Source: Macrostomum hystrix (Eukaryota; Animalia; Platyhelminthes). Taken from it: DNA of 64,000 nt. The stretch lies in NCBI GenBank assembly GCA_950097015.1, contig CATNEN010000038.1:21266001-21330000 (forward strand), given 5' to 3'. The notes under the pieces were generated by a model that saw only the letters and a list, made by a program, of their open reading frames with translations, searched no databases and was not told the origin of the DNA. Position 1 is the stretch's first letter, and every line of letters starts with the position of its first letter. Positions 1 to 12,318 of this stretch are shown in pieces. The position numbers were made by a program, and so were the translations under genes.

Positions 1-482
1 AATTCCATAGTCAATCCCTAACCACAGTAAGACTGGGGAATCCCATAGTCAATCCCTAACCACAGTAAGACTGGGGAATCCCATAGTCAATCCCTAACCA
101 CAGTAAGACTGGGGAATCCTATAGTCAATCCTAACCACAGTAAGACTGGGGAATCCCATAGCCAATCCCTAACCACAGTAAGACTGGGGAATCCCATAGT
201 CAATCACTAACCACAGTAAGACTGGGGAATCCCATAGTCAATCACTAACCACAGTAAGACTGGGGAATCCCACAGTCAATCACTAACCACAGTAAGACTG
301 GGGAATCCCATAGTCAATCACTAACCACAGTAAGACTGGGGAATCCCACAGTCAATCACTAACCACAGTAAGACTCCGGAATCCCACAGTCAATCTCTAA
401 CCACAGTAAGACTGGGGAATCCCATAGTCAATCCCTAACCACAGTAAGACTGGGGAATCCCATAGTGAATCCCTAACCACAG
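1..482. repeat. 38-bp minisatellite (runs off the window start)
   Basis: Tandem unit aatcccatagtcaatccctaaccacagtaagactgggg, about 12.5 copies. Confidence 0.95.
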
Positions 483-1616
483 AAAAACTTGAACCAGGAT
501 TTAAAGACTTGAAAGTCAAGCTCAGAAAGATACATGTTTTTGTCGATAACTGGAAGTCTTTAATTTAGAACAAAAATCTTTAGCCGGCAGCTAACAAGGG
601 TAATAATCGTTATTAAATAAAAATTTATTTAAACACTTTCGTGCGCTCTCTTAAACTTAAACTTACTTTAACGCATCACAGTACTTTTAGTAGACAAAAA
701 TTTTTCCCACATAGACGCAATGGAGTTTAACATATTTGGTCGAAAATTGACGATTTTTGCATTATTGAATTCCACATAAAAAAACGACCGTCAGCACAAC
801 ACATAGAAATAATATATAACTCTTTCATTCGATTTCAATAATAATTCTTCTTGATAAAAAACTAATCCGAAACAATTAGGGTTCGGGACAATGCGAACCA
901 TGATCGATTGATCAAGAAAAAACTGTAAATTTGTATCGAATCTAGCTACTCGGTTGCAAGTAGTATGATAAAGACGCACGGTGAAGTCTATTAATTGGGA
1001 TGGCAAAAATTGACTTTGAATTAACAAATGAGTTAAAACTTCACACCCACACTTTGCTACTACGATTAAAAGTAGTATACGATTGTGTTATTTTAGTGAG
1101 AAAGTCAAGCTTTTTGGGTTGTATTCGAAATATCTTTGATCGATGTTTTGTTTTAAAACAGCAACGGGCAAATCATGTTGAACTTTGCTAATGAATTTCA
1201 CTCTAATCGGACATTCATACTAGCTACAGTTAGCAAGGATTGTGAAACAAAAAATCGGTTGGTTATCGTAATCAAATAATAAAATACTCATAGATTTAAA
1301 GACAACAAAATAATGTTTTTGAAAGAAAGAAATAAGGTCATCACAAACCGAATTAAATTTACCAAATCAATTATTCATAGAAACCATCATAGTAGTTATT
1401 AAAATCAGCCGGTCTTCTGTTAAATATAAATAATTATCTATAGTATAATAGCAGTACTTCTATATTCTGAACTACCACGGCGCGTTCGACAAGCTAGCGG
1501 TCAGCCACCTTAGTCCGTGGACACATTTGACAAATGACATTTTACAAATGATGCTTGAAGACAGCTTTTCTAGATCAAGCTTCACAAAGAAACCTATTCT
1601 TTTTCGTAGCGGTGTC

Positions 1617-2297
1617 AGTGACCAGGTAATATTGAGGTCATAACGGCTTCAATGACCAAGTAATACCCAGGTCATAAAGGAGTCAATGACTAAGTAATAC
1701 CTAGTTCATAACGGTGTCAATGGCCAAGTAATACCTAGTTCATAACGGTGTCAATGGCCAAGTAATACCTAGTTCATAACGGTGTCAATGGCCAAGTAAT
1801 ACCTAGTTCATAACGGTGTCAATGGCCAAGTAATACCTAGTTCATAACGGTGTCAATGGCCAAGTAATACCTAGTTCATAACGGTGTCAATGGCCAAGTA
1901 ATACCTAGTTCATAACGGTGTCAATGGCCAAGTAATACCTAGTTCATAACGGTGTCAATAGCCAAGTAATACCTAGTTCATAACGGTGTCAATGACTAAG
2001 TAATACCTAGTTCATAACGGTTTCAATGGCCAAGTAATACCTAGTTCATAACGGTGTCAATGGCCAAGTAATACCTAGTTCATAACGGTGTCAATGACTA
2101 AGTAATACCTAGTTCATAACGGTGTCAATGACTAAGTAATACCTAGTTCATAACGGTGTCAATGGCCAAGTAATACCTAGTTCATAACGGTGTCAATGGC
2201 CAAGTAATACCTAGTTCATAACGATGTCAATGGCCAAGTAATACCTAGTTCATAACGGTGTCAATGGCCAAGTAATACCGAGGTCATAAAGGTGTCA
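1617..2297. repeat. 34-bp minisatellite
   Basis: Unit caatggccaagtaatacctagttcataacggtgt, about 20 copies with degenerate edges. Confidence 0.95.
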
Positions 2298-2506
2298 AAT
2301 GACAATTAAATCTTGGAGTCATAGCGCTGTCTAATGACCCAAGTCAGTTTGGTCATTGCAATGTCAAATTTTCAATATTTCTAAACTCAAAGGACAAAAG
2401 GGCATTTCGCTTGACTAATCGAGAGACAGACCGCATAGCAGAACAATAATAACATTTATATAGCGCGTTGAGGAGTTCCGCTACGGTTTCCTAGTCAAAG
2501 TAGTAG

Positions 2507-5500
2507 CTACTGCAGTCCGCCGCTGTTGACCTTCTCAGCCCACTGTTGACGCAGTCGTCTGCGCAATTCCTCGCGTTGGCGCTCAATTTCCAGTTTGTGC
2601 TTTAGAAAATCTTCGACAACGTCTTCGGGAATGCCGCCTCCGCCGCCGCCGCCGCCGCTGACTGAAGCGAGCTGGTTTAGCTGATGGTTGAACTGATCTT
2701 TAGGCTCGTCGCAGCCACTATCGTAGCATGGCATACTGGCTGTGCTGTGGCCTTTACATGCCTGCTGTTGCTGCTGCTGTGTATGCTGCTGCTTGCGCTG
2801 AGAATTAGGTCTCTGTTGCATCTGCGGCTGTTGCTGCTTTAAAGTTTTACTGCGCGAAATCTGCTTCTGCGTTGGCTCCAGTGGTCCAGCCTGCTTATTT
2901 GAACGATTATGATTTCGTAAAAGGTTCAAATTGATAGACTAGCCACTCCGATTGATAGACTAGCCACTCCGATTGATAGACTAGCCACTCCGATTGATAG
3001 ACTAGCCACTCTGATTGATAGACTAGCCACTCTGATTGATAGACTAGCCACTCTGATTGATAGACTAGCCACTCCGATTGATAGACTAGCCACTCTGATT
3101 GATAGACTAGCCACTCTGATTGATAGACTAGCCACTCCGATTGATAGACTAGCCACTCCGATTGATAGACTAGCCACTCTGATTGATAGACTAGCCACTC
3201 TGATTGATAGACTAGCCACTCCGATTGATAGACTAGCCACTCCGATTGATAGACTAGCCCCTCAGGTTGATAGACTAGCCACTCTGATTGATAGACTAGC
3301 CACTCTGATTGATAGACTAGCCACTCTGATTGATAGACTAGCCACTCTGATTGATAGACTAGCCCCTCAGGTTGATAGACTAGCCACTCTGATTGATAGA
3401 CTAGCCCCTCAGATTGACTAGTCCCTCAGGTTGATAGACTAGCCCCTCAGGTTGATTGATAGACTAGCCCTCAGGTTGATAGAGTAGCTCCTCAGGTTGA
3501 TAGAGTAGCCCCTCAGGTTGATAGACTAGCCCCTCAGGTTGATAGACTAGCCCCTCAGGTTGATAGACTAGCCCCTCAGATTGACTAGTCCCTCAGATTG
3601 ATAGAGTAGCCCCTCAGGTTGATAGACTAGCCCCTCAGGTTGATAGACTAGCCCTCAGGTTGATAGACTAGCCCCTCAGGTTGATAGACTAGCCCTCAGG
3701 TTGATAGAGTAGCCCCTCAGGTTGATAGACTAGCCCCTCAGGTTGATAGACTAGCCCTCAGGTTGATAGAGTAGCTCCTCAGGTTGATAGACTAGCCCCT
3801 CAGGTTGATAGACTAGCCCCTCAGGTTGATAGACTAGCCCCTCAGATTGACTAGTCCCTCAGGTTGATAGAGTAGCCAAATCAGTTGAATCATCAAAAAC
3901 TCTTGAGTGTAAGCAGTCACAACTGAGCATTTCACTCACGGGTGACATTGGTCGCTGCCTGTTACACTGAGCCTCAGAATGACCGTTGGCTTCTTGCTGC
4001 TGCTGTCGAGCAGCTCCTGTCCGACGTCGGGCAGACGCAGCGCCGCCAGATGTGCAGTCCTCAGCTTCGCTGAAGCCGCTACTATTGTGACTGGTGGAAC
4101 AAGACGAAGAAGAAGCTGATGAAACTATGCAATTTCCGACGCCGCTACCGTTGCTGACAACGCCTGACCCGTCGCTGCTGCCATATGAACGCGGCGAATG
4201 ATCGGAAGGCCTTGGTGGCTGCTGATTTTGTGTGCAATAATCGCCGTTCTGATTATTAGAGTCTGGCTTGCCATTTGAAGTGTTTGCTACTTTTTGCTTC
4301 TCTACCGACTTGGACGCAGCTGATTTTGCCAATGTAGTCTAAAAAAATTAAAAAAACTAGTAATATCGTTTCCAAGCGTATGAGATGACCCTGAATCTTT
4401 ATGGGTTCAAAAATAAATAATAATTAAAAATTTAATCAATCCAAAATAGTCAACAATGATAGCCGACATGAGCACATAATTAAATTTTGTGAGCACAAAA
4501 TGATGCCTATATTGGTGGTTTGAAATAGCCCTGTGGTGTTTCTACTGTTTAATGAATGTGGCACCCGACAGAAGGCGCAACAAAAACAGCAATTATTACA
4601 CACACTCACCTTCGCTGTTAACTCTCGACATTTGACAGCATTCTCAACAGTTTCATCGTCGGCATCGCCGCCTACGTTGCTGAGGCCAACAAGGGCGGCG
4701 ACGACACCGGCGCGTTTAATCTGCCGCTTGAGTCTACGCTTCTCTCGTTTGTTCTCTCGCTTCTGCTCGGCAGCCTTCTCCTCTCGCTGCAGCTGCCAAT
4801 AAAACAGGTCAAGCGAGGAGAAGCCGCGCTTTGTTTCAACAGCGGATTCGAGCCCGCGACGCAGCTGTTCCAAGCAGAGCAGAAGCGACAATAGCCAGGT
4901 CTGTTCGTCGGAGCGCAGAGTGTGAGCCAGGTGGGTTAAACGATTGTACAAATGAAGGCCGATACAGGTGAGCACCTCATCTTGGGCGGCGTCCATTGTT
5001 TGAGCGTGGCGTTCGCGTGGGTTGCTATAAAACAGGGTCAATTTAATGGTAAACGGCATGAGTAACTGTGCATTAATTCCCTAGCAAAATGCCTCGTCAT
5101 CTAAATAGTAAGTGAGTCTGGCAGAGCAGTCTAAAGCGGCGAGGCCAAAAGGGATGTCACCCAAAGGCTCAATAACCTAGTCGATCCAACTTTTTTGCGC
5201 ATCTTCTGAAACAAGAATCAAGTCGCCAGCTCCACAGAACGGATTTTTTCATAAGCGCTAGTGTATTTCATACACCCCAAAACACGAGGCCTTCAAAATT
5301 GATCAGCATGTCACCCGAATGTGCCTGCATCATCTCCGTCTTCGGTGGTCACCTACAATTATCTAGACGGACCGCTGGACCTTCAAGGGCTACAATAGGT
5401 GGCAATAGGCAACTATGGATACCCTAACGCGAGTTTCTCAAATTTCGCTAATCAAGCCTAAATATTAGGCGCAGCTCAACCACAGCACACCCTCGCTTAG

Positions 5501-8500
5501 CCTGTCAACCAATTAGTCACCACCCAATGCTTAGACTTGAAGTAAAATTGTACACTGCCAGATGATAAGTCAGGGCAGATGTCTAAACTAACGATATAAC
5601 TTAATTTAACGAACCTCTGCAACAGCTCCGGCTCGGCGCGATCCACCAGATCGTAAAGCGTATCCGTGGCAGTCTTCTCCGGCAGCAGGTGCAAATGGCC
5701 GCGCTCCTTGCAGACGCGAACAAAAGCAAACACAGCTGGCTTGTAAGTGGCGTCAGGCGCCTCGTCGCCAATCATCATGGCGAAGGCGCGCTCCACTTTG
5801 GCGCGACACTCGCGACAGAATTTATGCCTGACTAGGTGAGCATCCAGAGTGTCCTCCAAGGATTCGAATGATACTAAGCCGAGCTCGGCGCGGCACTCCG
5901 GCGTCATGACGTCCCAGAGCTCCTTCCAGCTAGTCCGGCCAGTCTTGTGCGCATCCAGGCCGTGCATCGCGCAACGGCGGCCCTTCTTCGCCTTACCGCC
6001 GCAGGTTACTCGGCACTCTAATACGCGACGCACTACTTCCAGTAGATAGTGAAGGCGAGTAGCTGAGGCGAACCACTCGCTGCTTAAACTGATGTCCTTG
6101 CCGGACAACTGGCGGTATTAGGGTATTGGGATCCGAATCCTGATTCTTAATCGTGGAATCCTGGTTCTAAATCGTTTAATACTGATTCCAAATCGTGGAA
6201 TCCTGATTCTTAATGGTGGAATCCTGATTCCAAATCGTGGAATCCTGATTCTAAATCGTTTAATACTGATTCCAAATCGTGGAATCTTGATTCTAAATCG
6301 TTGAATCCTGCTTCTAAATCGTGGAATCCTGATTCTAAATCGTGGAATCCTGATTCTAAATCGTGGAATCCTGCTTCTAAATCGTGGAATCCTGATTCAA
6401 AATCGTGGATTACCGATTCTAAGATTCGTGGAATCTTAATTTCAAAACTGATGTTCAAATGTTACTTGGCCACAAACCTGTACAGGATCCAAGGCCAGCT
6501 CCTTGGCCTCGCCAACGTGGCTAAGAAAGGCTTCAACAGCGCGCCGGCAGCCGACGCAGCCAACAACAGAAATGGTGCTGCTGCCCAGATCGTCAGAGCT
6601 GCCAGACAGATGCTTGGCCAGCTCAGCCTGGGTGAATAGGTCGAATTTCTCTTTGAAAGCGGCCAGGCTTGAATCGTCCTGCCCGGCCGGCGGCAAAGCG
6701 TAGGCCAAATTGAACAGGCGACTGTCGCATAGCTGCATTGTGACCTGGTTAAACAGTGTATTATTGGGTGCGATCGATGGAAACTGTTTCGATAACTGAG
6801 GAATGACCATCATCATAAATAGAAATAGGGAATTCATGGGATCTAATTACTCAACAGAAAAGTGGATAGTGTTTAAAAAACTTGTTGATTGGATTATTGG
6901 GTAACAAACTAACAATATCTAAAAAGCAGATAATAAGATAAACTGCACCAGAAGAGGGGCTGATGGGATAAACTGCACCAGAAGAGGGGCTGATGGGATA
7001 AACTGCACCAGAAGAGGGGCTGATGGGATAAACTGCACCAGAAGAGGGGCTGATGGGATAAACTGCACTAGAAGAGGCGATGATAGGATAAACTGCACCA
7101 GAAGAGGGGCTGATGGGATAAACTGAACCAGAAGAGGCGATGATAGGATAAACTGCACCAGAAGAGGCGATGATAGGATAAACTGCACCAGAAGAGGCGA
7201 TGATAGGATAAACTGCACCAGAAGAGGGGCTGATGGGATAAACTGAACCAGAAGAGGGGCTGATGGGATAAACTGCACCAGAAGAGGGGCTGATGGGATA
7301 AACTGCACTAGAAGAGGCGATGATAGGATAAACTGCACCAGAAGAGGGGCTGATGGGATAAACTGAACCAGAAGAGGCGATGATAGGATAAACTGCACCA
7401 GAAGAGGCGATGATAGGATAAACTGCACCAGAAGAGGCGATGATAGGATAAACTGCACCAGAAGAGGCGATGATAGGATAAACTGAACCAGAAGAGGCGA
7501 TGATAGGATAAACTGCACCAGAAGAGGCGATGATAGGATAAACTGCACCAGAAGAGGGGCTGATGGGATAAACTGCACCAGAAGAGGGGCTGATGGGATA
7601 AACTGCACCAGAAGAGGCGATGATAGGATAAACTGCACCAGAAGAGGGGCTGATGGGATAAACTGCACCAGAAGAGGGGCTGATGGGATAAACTGCACCA
7701 GAAGAGGCGATGATAGGATAAACTGCACCAGAAGAGGGGCTGATGGGATAAACTGAACCAGAAGAGGCGATGATAGGATAAACTGCACTAGAAGAGGCGA
7801 TGATAGGATAAACTGCACTAGAAGAGGCGATGATAGGATAAACTGCACCAGAAGAGGGGCTGATGGGATAAACTGCACCAGAAGAGGGGCTGATGGGATA
7901 AACTGCACCAGAAGAGGCGATGATAGGATAAACTGCACCAGAAGAGGCGATGATAGGATAAACTGCACCAGAAGAGGGGCTGATGGGATAAACTGAACCA
8001 GAAGAGGCGATGATAGGATAAACTGCACCAGAAGAGGCGATGATAGGATAAACTGCACCAGAAGAGGGGCTGATGGGATAAACTGCACTAGAAGAGGCGA
8101 TGATAGGATAAACTGCACCAGAAGAGGGGCTGATGGGATAAACTGTACCAGAAGAGGCGATGAGAGGATAAACTGCACCAGAAGAGGCGATGATAGGATA
8201 AACTGCACCAGAAGAGGGGCTGATGGGATAAACTGCACTAGAAGAGGCGATGATAGGATAAACTGCACTAGAAGAGGCGATGATAGAATAAACTGCACTA
8301 GAAGAGGCGATGATAGAATAAACTGCACTAGAAGAGGCGATGATAGAATAAACTGCACTAGAAGAGGCGATGATAGGATAAACTGCACTAGAAGAGGCGA
8401 TGATAGGATAAACTGCACTAGAAGAGGCGATGGTAGGATAAACTGCACCAGAAGAGGCGATGATAGGATAAACTGCACTAGAAGAGGCGATGATAGGATA

Positions 8501-9442
8501 AACTGCACCAGAAGAGGGGCTGATGGGATAAACTGCACTAGAAGAGGCGATGATAGGATAAACTGCACCAGAAGAGGGGCTGATGGGATAAACTGTACCA
8601 GAAGAGGCGATGAGAGGATAAACTGCACCAGAAGAGGCGATGATAGGATAAACTGCACCAGAAGAGGGGCTGATGGGATAAACTGCACTAGAAGAGGCGA
8701 TGATAGGATAAACTGCACTAGAAGAGGCGATGATAGAATAAACTGCACTAGAAGAGGCGATGATAGAATAAACTGCACTAGAAGAGGCGATGATAGAATA
8801 AACTGCACTAGAAGAGGCGATGATAGAATAAACTGCACTAGAAGAGGCGATGATAGAATAAACTGCACTAGAAGAGGCGATGATAGAATAAACTGCACTA
8901 GAAGAGGCGATGATAGAATAAACTGCACTAGAAGAGGCGATGATAGAATAAACTGCACCAGAAGAGGCGATGATAGAATAAACTGCACCAGAAGAGGCGA
9001 TGATAGGATAAACTGCACTAGAAGAGGCGATGATAGGATAAACTGCACTAGAAGAGGCGATGGTAGGATAAACTGCACTAGAAGAGGTGATGATAGAATA
9101 AACTGCACTAGAAGAGGCGATGATAGAATAAACTGCACTAGAAGAGGCGATGATAGGATAAACTGCACTAGAAGAGGCGATGATAGGATAAACTGCACTA
9201 GAAGAGGCGATGGTAGGATAAACTGCACCAGAAGAGGCGATGATAGGATAAACTGCACTAGAAGAGGCGATGATAGGATAAACTGCACCACAAGAGGGGC
9301 TGATGGGATAAATTGCACCAGGAATTTAACCTACTGTAAGATCGTCGTCAATATCCACAGCCACCTGTCTTGGTAGAAGAGGATTATTTTGGTTGGCTTC
9401 TGTTACCACATCAATCGAGCAGATTCTCAGACTGTGTTCCAT
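2507..9442 (-). CDS. GGNBP2: Gametogenetin-binding protein 2 (GGNBP2/ZNF403) homolog, 6 coding exons
   Basis: Exons 9442-9335, 6744-6478 (alternative in-frame donor after 6466), 6108-5615, 5024-4610, 4338-3940, 2890-2507. All introns are GT-AG with consistent phases (0,0,2,0,0). Recognised GGNBP2 blocks: RQVAVDIDDDLT|VTM, CVGCRRAVE, RCAMHGLDAHK, RHKFCRECRAKV, RAEPE, RERHAQTMDAAQDEVLTCIGLHLYNRL, and C-terminal IPEDVVEDF...REELRRRLRQQW. Confidence 0.92.
2931..3875. repeat. 21-bp minisatellite in the last GGNBP2 intron
   Basis: Unit ttgatagactagccactc(c/t)ga grading into ttgatagactagcccctcagg. Confidence 0.95.
5180..5385 (+). mobile_element. Dispersed repeat fragment, same family as 37410-38010
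   Basis: Shares gcgcatcttctgaaacaa...tcaagtcg, ctagtgtatttcatac and gtcacccgaatgtgcctgcatcatctccg..ttcggtggtcaccta with the copies in the SNRNP35 intron. Confidence 0.7.
6130..6437. repeat. 21-bp minisatellite in GGNBP2 intron 2
   Basis: Unit aatcgtggaatcctgattcta. Confidence 0.9.
6935..9320. repeat. 30-bp minisatellite filling GGNBP2 intron 1
   Basis: About 80 units of two main variants: ataaactgcaccagaagaggggctgatggg and ataaactgcacYagaagaggcgatgatagR. Source of the spurious 799-aa ORF. Confidence 0.97.
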
Positions 9443-9955
9443 TGGAGCTGGAATTATTATAGTTGCAAGAAAAATTGTCAACTAATTAAATTGCTAATCA
9501 TAATCAAGTTAAGAGCAGGAGCTATACAAGATTTTGAATTCTATTTCGCGATTGAAGACTCTTTGTGATGTTGACCATAGCTAGTAAAATTGTATAGTTT
9601 GACTTCTTGCATATAAAATAAAAGAAGTATAAATACTTTCAGAGCTTAAAATGCTAAAAACTTAAAGTGACAGCACTTTTTTTACAAAAAAAACTAACTT
9701 TAAGCTATGTTAAAATTGCTTTAAAAGTATATACATACATAGCAGTATTTTTTAGCTATTTGTAAAATTTGACTTAAAACAGTTCTTAAATAACTGCAAC
9801 ACATTTAACTCAAATGGATTGAAATCAAATTCTGGATTAGGATTCAAACTCTAGTTTATCTAGAATCATCAGGTAATATCACCTTAATAAACCAATAGGA
9901 CCTAGACAAGACAGAACAAAGCGAAAAACTTTTTGGCAAAGTATAGGTTCTAGAC

Positions 9956-10413
9956 CAGGGGTCGGCAACCTTATATACCCCGCGGGCTAAAGAGAGAATC
10001 TTAAAGACGACGGCGGGCCGCATGAAGAAAGGGGAGAGATTAGACAGGTGAGAGATGAGACAAGTGAGAGATGAGAAAGGTGAGAGATAAGACGGGGGAG
10101 ATAAGACGCAAGAGAGATAAGACAGGCGAGAGACGAAAAATGGGAGAGATGAGACAAGGGAGAGATGAGACAGGGGAGAGATAAGACAGGGGAGAGATGA
10201 GACAGGGGAGAGATAAGACAGGGGAGAGATAAGACAGGGGAGAGATGAGACAGGGGAGAGGTGAGACTGAGGAGAGATAAGACAGGGGAGAGGTGAGACA
10301 GGGAGAGATGAGATAGGGTGTACTGTGGAGTAGGTGTTAGGAGGAGCTAAGGGCCAGATTTGGGAGCTTTGAGGGCGACATCTGGCCCGCGGGCCGGAGG
10401 TTGCCGACCCCTG
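9956..10413. mobile_element. Non-autonomous hAT (Charlie-like) MITE with an internal minisatellite
   Basis: TIRs caggggtcggcaacc / ggttgccgacccctg. 8-bp TSD ttctagac / ctctagac fits the NTCTAGAN target typical of hAT-Charlie. Internal gagagatRagacaggg array at about 10030-10315. Confidence 0.88.
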
Positions 10414-11155
10414 CTCTAGACATTTACTATTTACTGATTACTATTAGTAGTTATTTTCAGATAGCAACTTGTTAAACTTGCCTTTAATATGTGTATGAGC
10501 CATTTAAAAAGAGAGATAAGAGAGAGAGAGAGAGAGGCAGAGAAAATACATTTTCCTCTTGCACTAAAGTCACTTTTGGGTATAGAGTATAACTGACCTT
10601 TGCTATTGACCATCTAGTCTCATGCTATTGCTATGCATGCAATAGATCAAGTACAAAAAATGCAGGTGTGTTATAGTGAATGTGATCACTGTGCTCTGGC
10701 CAAAATTGTCATATGCTGGTTGTAAAAAAAATAACAACATTATCTAAATCATCATATTGTCCCCATGTGACATTCACAAAATTGTCATATTGTTATTTTA
10801 TTGGCTCTGCCAACAGCTTTGTTGAAAGCATAAGCAAAACAAAACATACATTTTTGGCCTTGTCTCACTTGGCTCTACAAAAATAATGTCATTTGAGCCA
10901 CACAAAGTACATTTCACATTACATAACATGTGCACTGATGCCACTGAATTTTGTTCAGCATGTAGCTATGTACATATAACTCAAGATTTATATAAGATTA
11001 TATTATTATATTATTATATTATATTATTACTATAAGATTTATAGATGATAGTTTTATTTAGCAGTCTATTAACTTACCTAATGCTTAAATTATTATTGCT
11101 ATTTTTTATCTGCATTTACATTACATGTTTTTTGAGCTTATTTAATTGATTTGTT

Positions 11156-12318
11156 GGCGATCATGAACTTTCCCGCATTTTTTTATTTTTTATCTTGTTC
11201 GTAAATTTCCAGCTTTGAAGACATTGAAGACATGGCCGGAAGACCTGCCGCACCAACAACTATAGACGAGCCAGCCGATGTTCTTCCTGCCATTGAGCTG
11301 ACCGAGTTGGACCTCAACCACCGTGAGCTGGCCCTGCTGACGGATGACACAGCAGTCCAGTGGCTGGCACGGCATGGACTTCTGCGGAACAGCATTGACT
11401 GCCCGAACTGTGCCACCGCAATGTCCTTTCATTGTCGGGCCGGCCGCAACTACGCTGACGGCGTGTGCTGGTCCTGCAAAACATGCCGACGCCATCGTTC
11501 TATACGGCAGGGCAGTTTTTTTGAGGGCAGCCACCTTAGCCTGGTTCAGCTCATTGACATTGTCTATTTCTGGGCAACTGACATGAAGATGTCTCATGTG
11601 GCCCATGAGACACGCGTCAGCGAGCACACGGTGATAGACTGGTTTAACTTCTTGCGCGACATCTGTGCACAGTACCTAGTTGATCACCCAACCCAGCTTG
11701 GTGGACCTGGTGTGGACGTGGAAATTGACGAGTCCAAATTCATGCACAGGAAGTACCACCAGGGCCAGTACCGAGAAGGCCACTGGGTGCTGGGCATGGT
11801 GGAGCGGGGCAGCAACCGCTGCATGCTGGTACCTGTGCAGAGCCGATCTGCTGCGTCCCTGGTACCGGTGATCAATCAGCATGTGCTCCCAGGGACACAG
11901 ATCGTGACGGACCAGTGGGCCGCGTACAATAACCTACAGAACCACGTTACCATCAACCACTCGCTCCACTTCCGCAAACCTGCCATTCCAGATGCCCATA
12001 CAAACACCGTCGAGGGCATGTGGGGGAACTGCAAGGCGAAGTTCCGAGCAATGCACGGCACCTCCGATGGCCTGTTCAAGACATATCTCCAGGAATTTAT
12101 GTGGCGCCGGACGTTCCCGAATCTGCAGTTCGGACACATCCTATTCTGGATCTGCCACTACTAACCCTGCTGACTGTGACTCTTTATTAACTAATAATCG
12201 TGGTACCTAGTGTTTTTTATGCCCCTGAACTTTAATAATACTAATTTTCATCACCCTGCACTTAAAGGTTACTACAAAGATAAAAAAATAATTAAATGAG
12301 GGAAAGTTCATGATCGCC
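11156..12318 (+). mobile_element. Full-length Merlin (IS1016/IS1595-related) DNA transposon
   Basis: 25-bp TIR ggcgatcatgaactttccc(g/t)cattt with one mismatch. 8-bp TSD gatttgtt / gatttgtc. Single intact transposase ORF inside. Confidence 0.92.
11232..12164 (+). CDS. Merlin/IS1595-family DDE transposase, 310 aa
   Basis: N-terminal CPNC...CKTC zinc ribbon, HTH region, VEIDES, WVLGMVER, IVTDQWAAYNNL, INHS...HTNTVEGMW, YLQEFMWR. Confidence 0.92.
   Translation: MAGRPAAPTTIDEPADVLPAIELTELDLNHRELALLTDDTAVQWLARHGLLRNSIDCPNCATAMSFHCRAGRNYADGVCWSCKTCRRHRSIRQGSFFEGSHLSLVQLIDIVYFWATDMKMSHVAHETRVSEHTVIDWFNFLRDICAQYLVDHPTQLGGPGVDVEIDESKFMHRKYHQGQYREGHWVLGMVERGSNRCMLVPVQSRSAASLVPVINQHVLPGTQIVTDQWAAYNNLQNHVTINHSLHFRKPAIPDAHTNTVEGMWGNCKAKFRAMHGTSDGLFKTYLQEFMWRRTFPNLQFGHILFWICHY

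Noticed and set aside
6919-9318. 799-aa ORF (VQFILSSPLL)n
   Set aside because: Translation of a 30-bp intronic satellite with a non-ATG start, inside GGNBP2 intron 1.
11232-12164. Bacterial IS1595 contamination or recent horizontal transfer from bacteria
   Set aside because: Integrated with a TSD between intron-containing genes, and the features match eukaryotic Merlin. A phylogeny would be needed to claim more.
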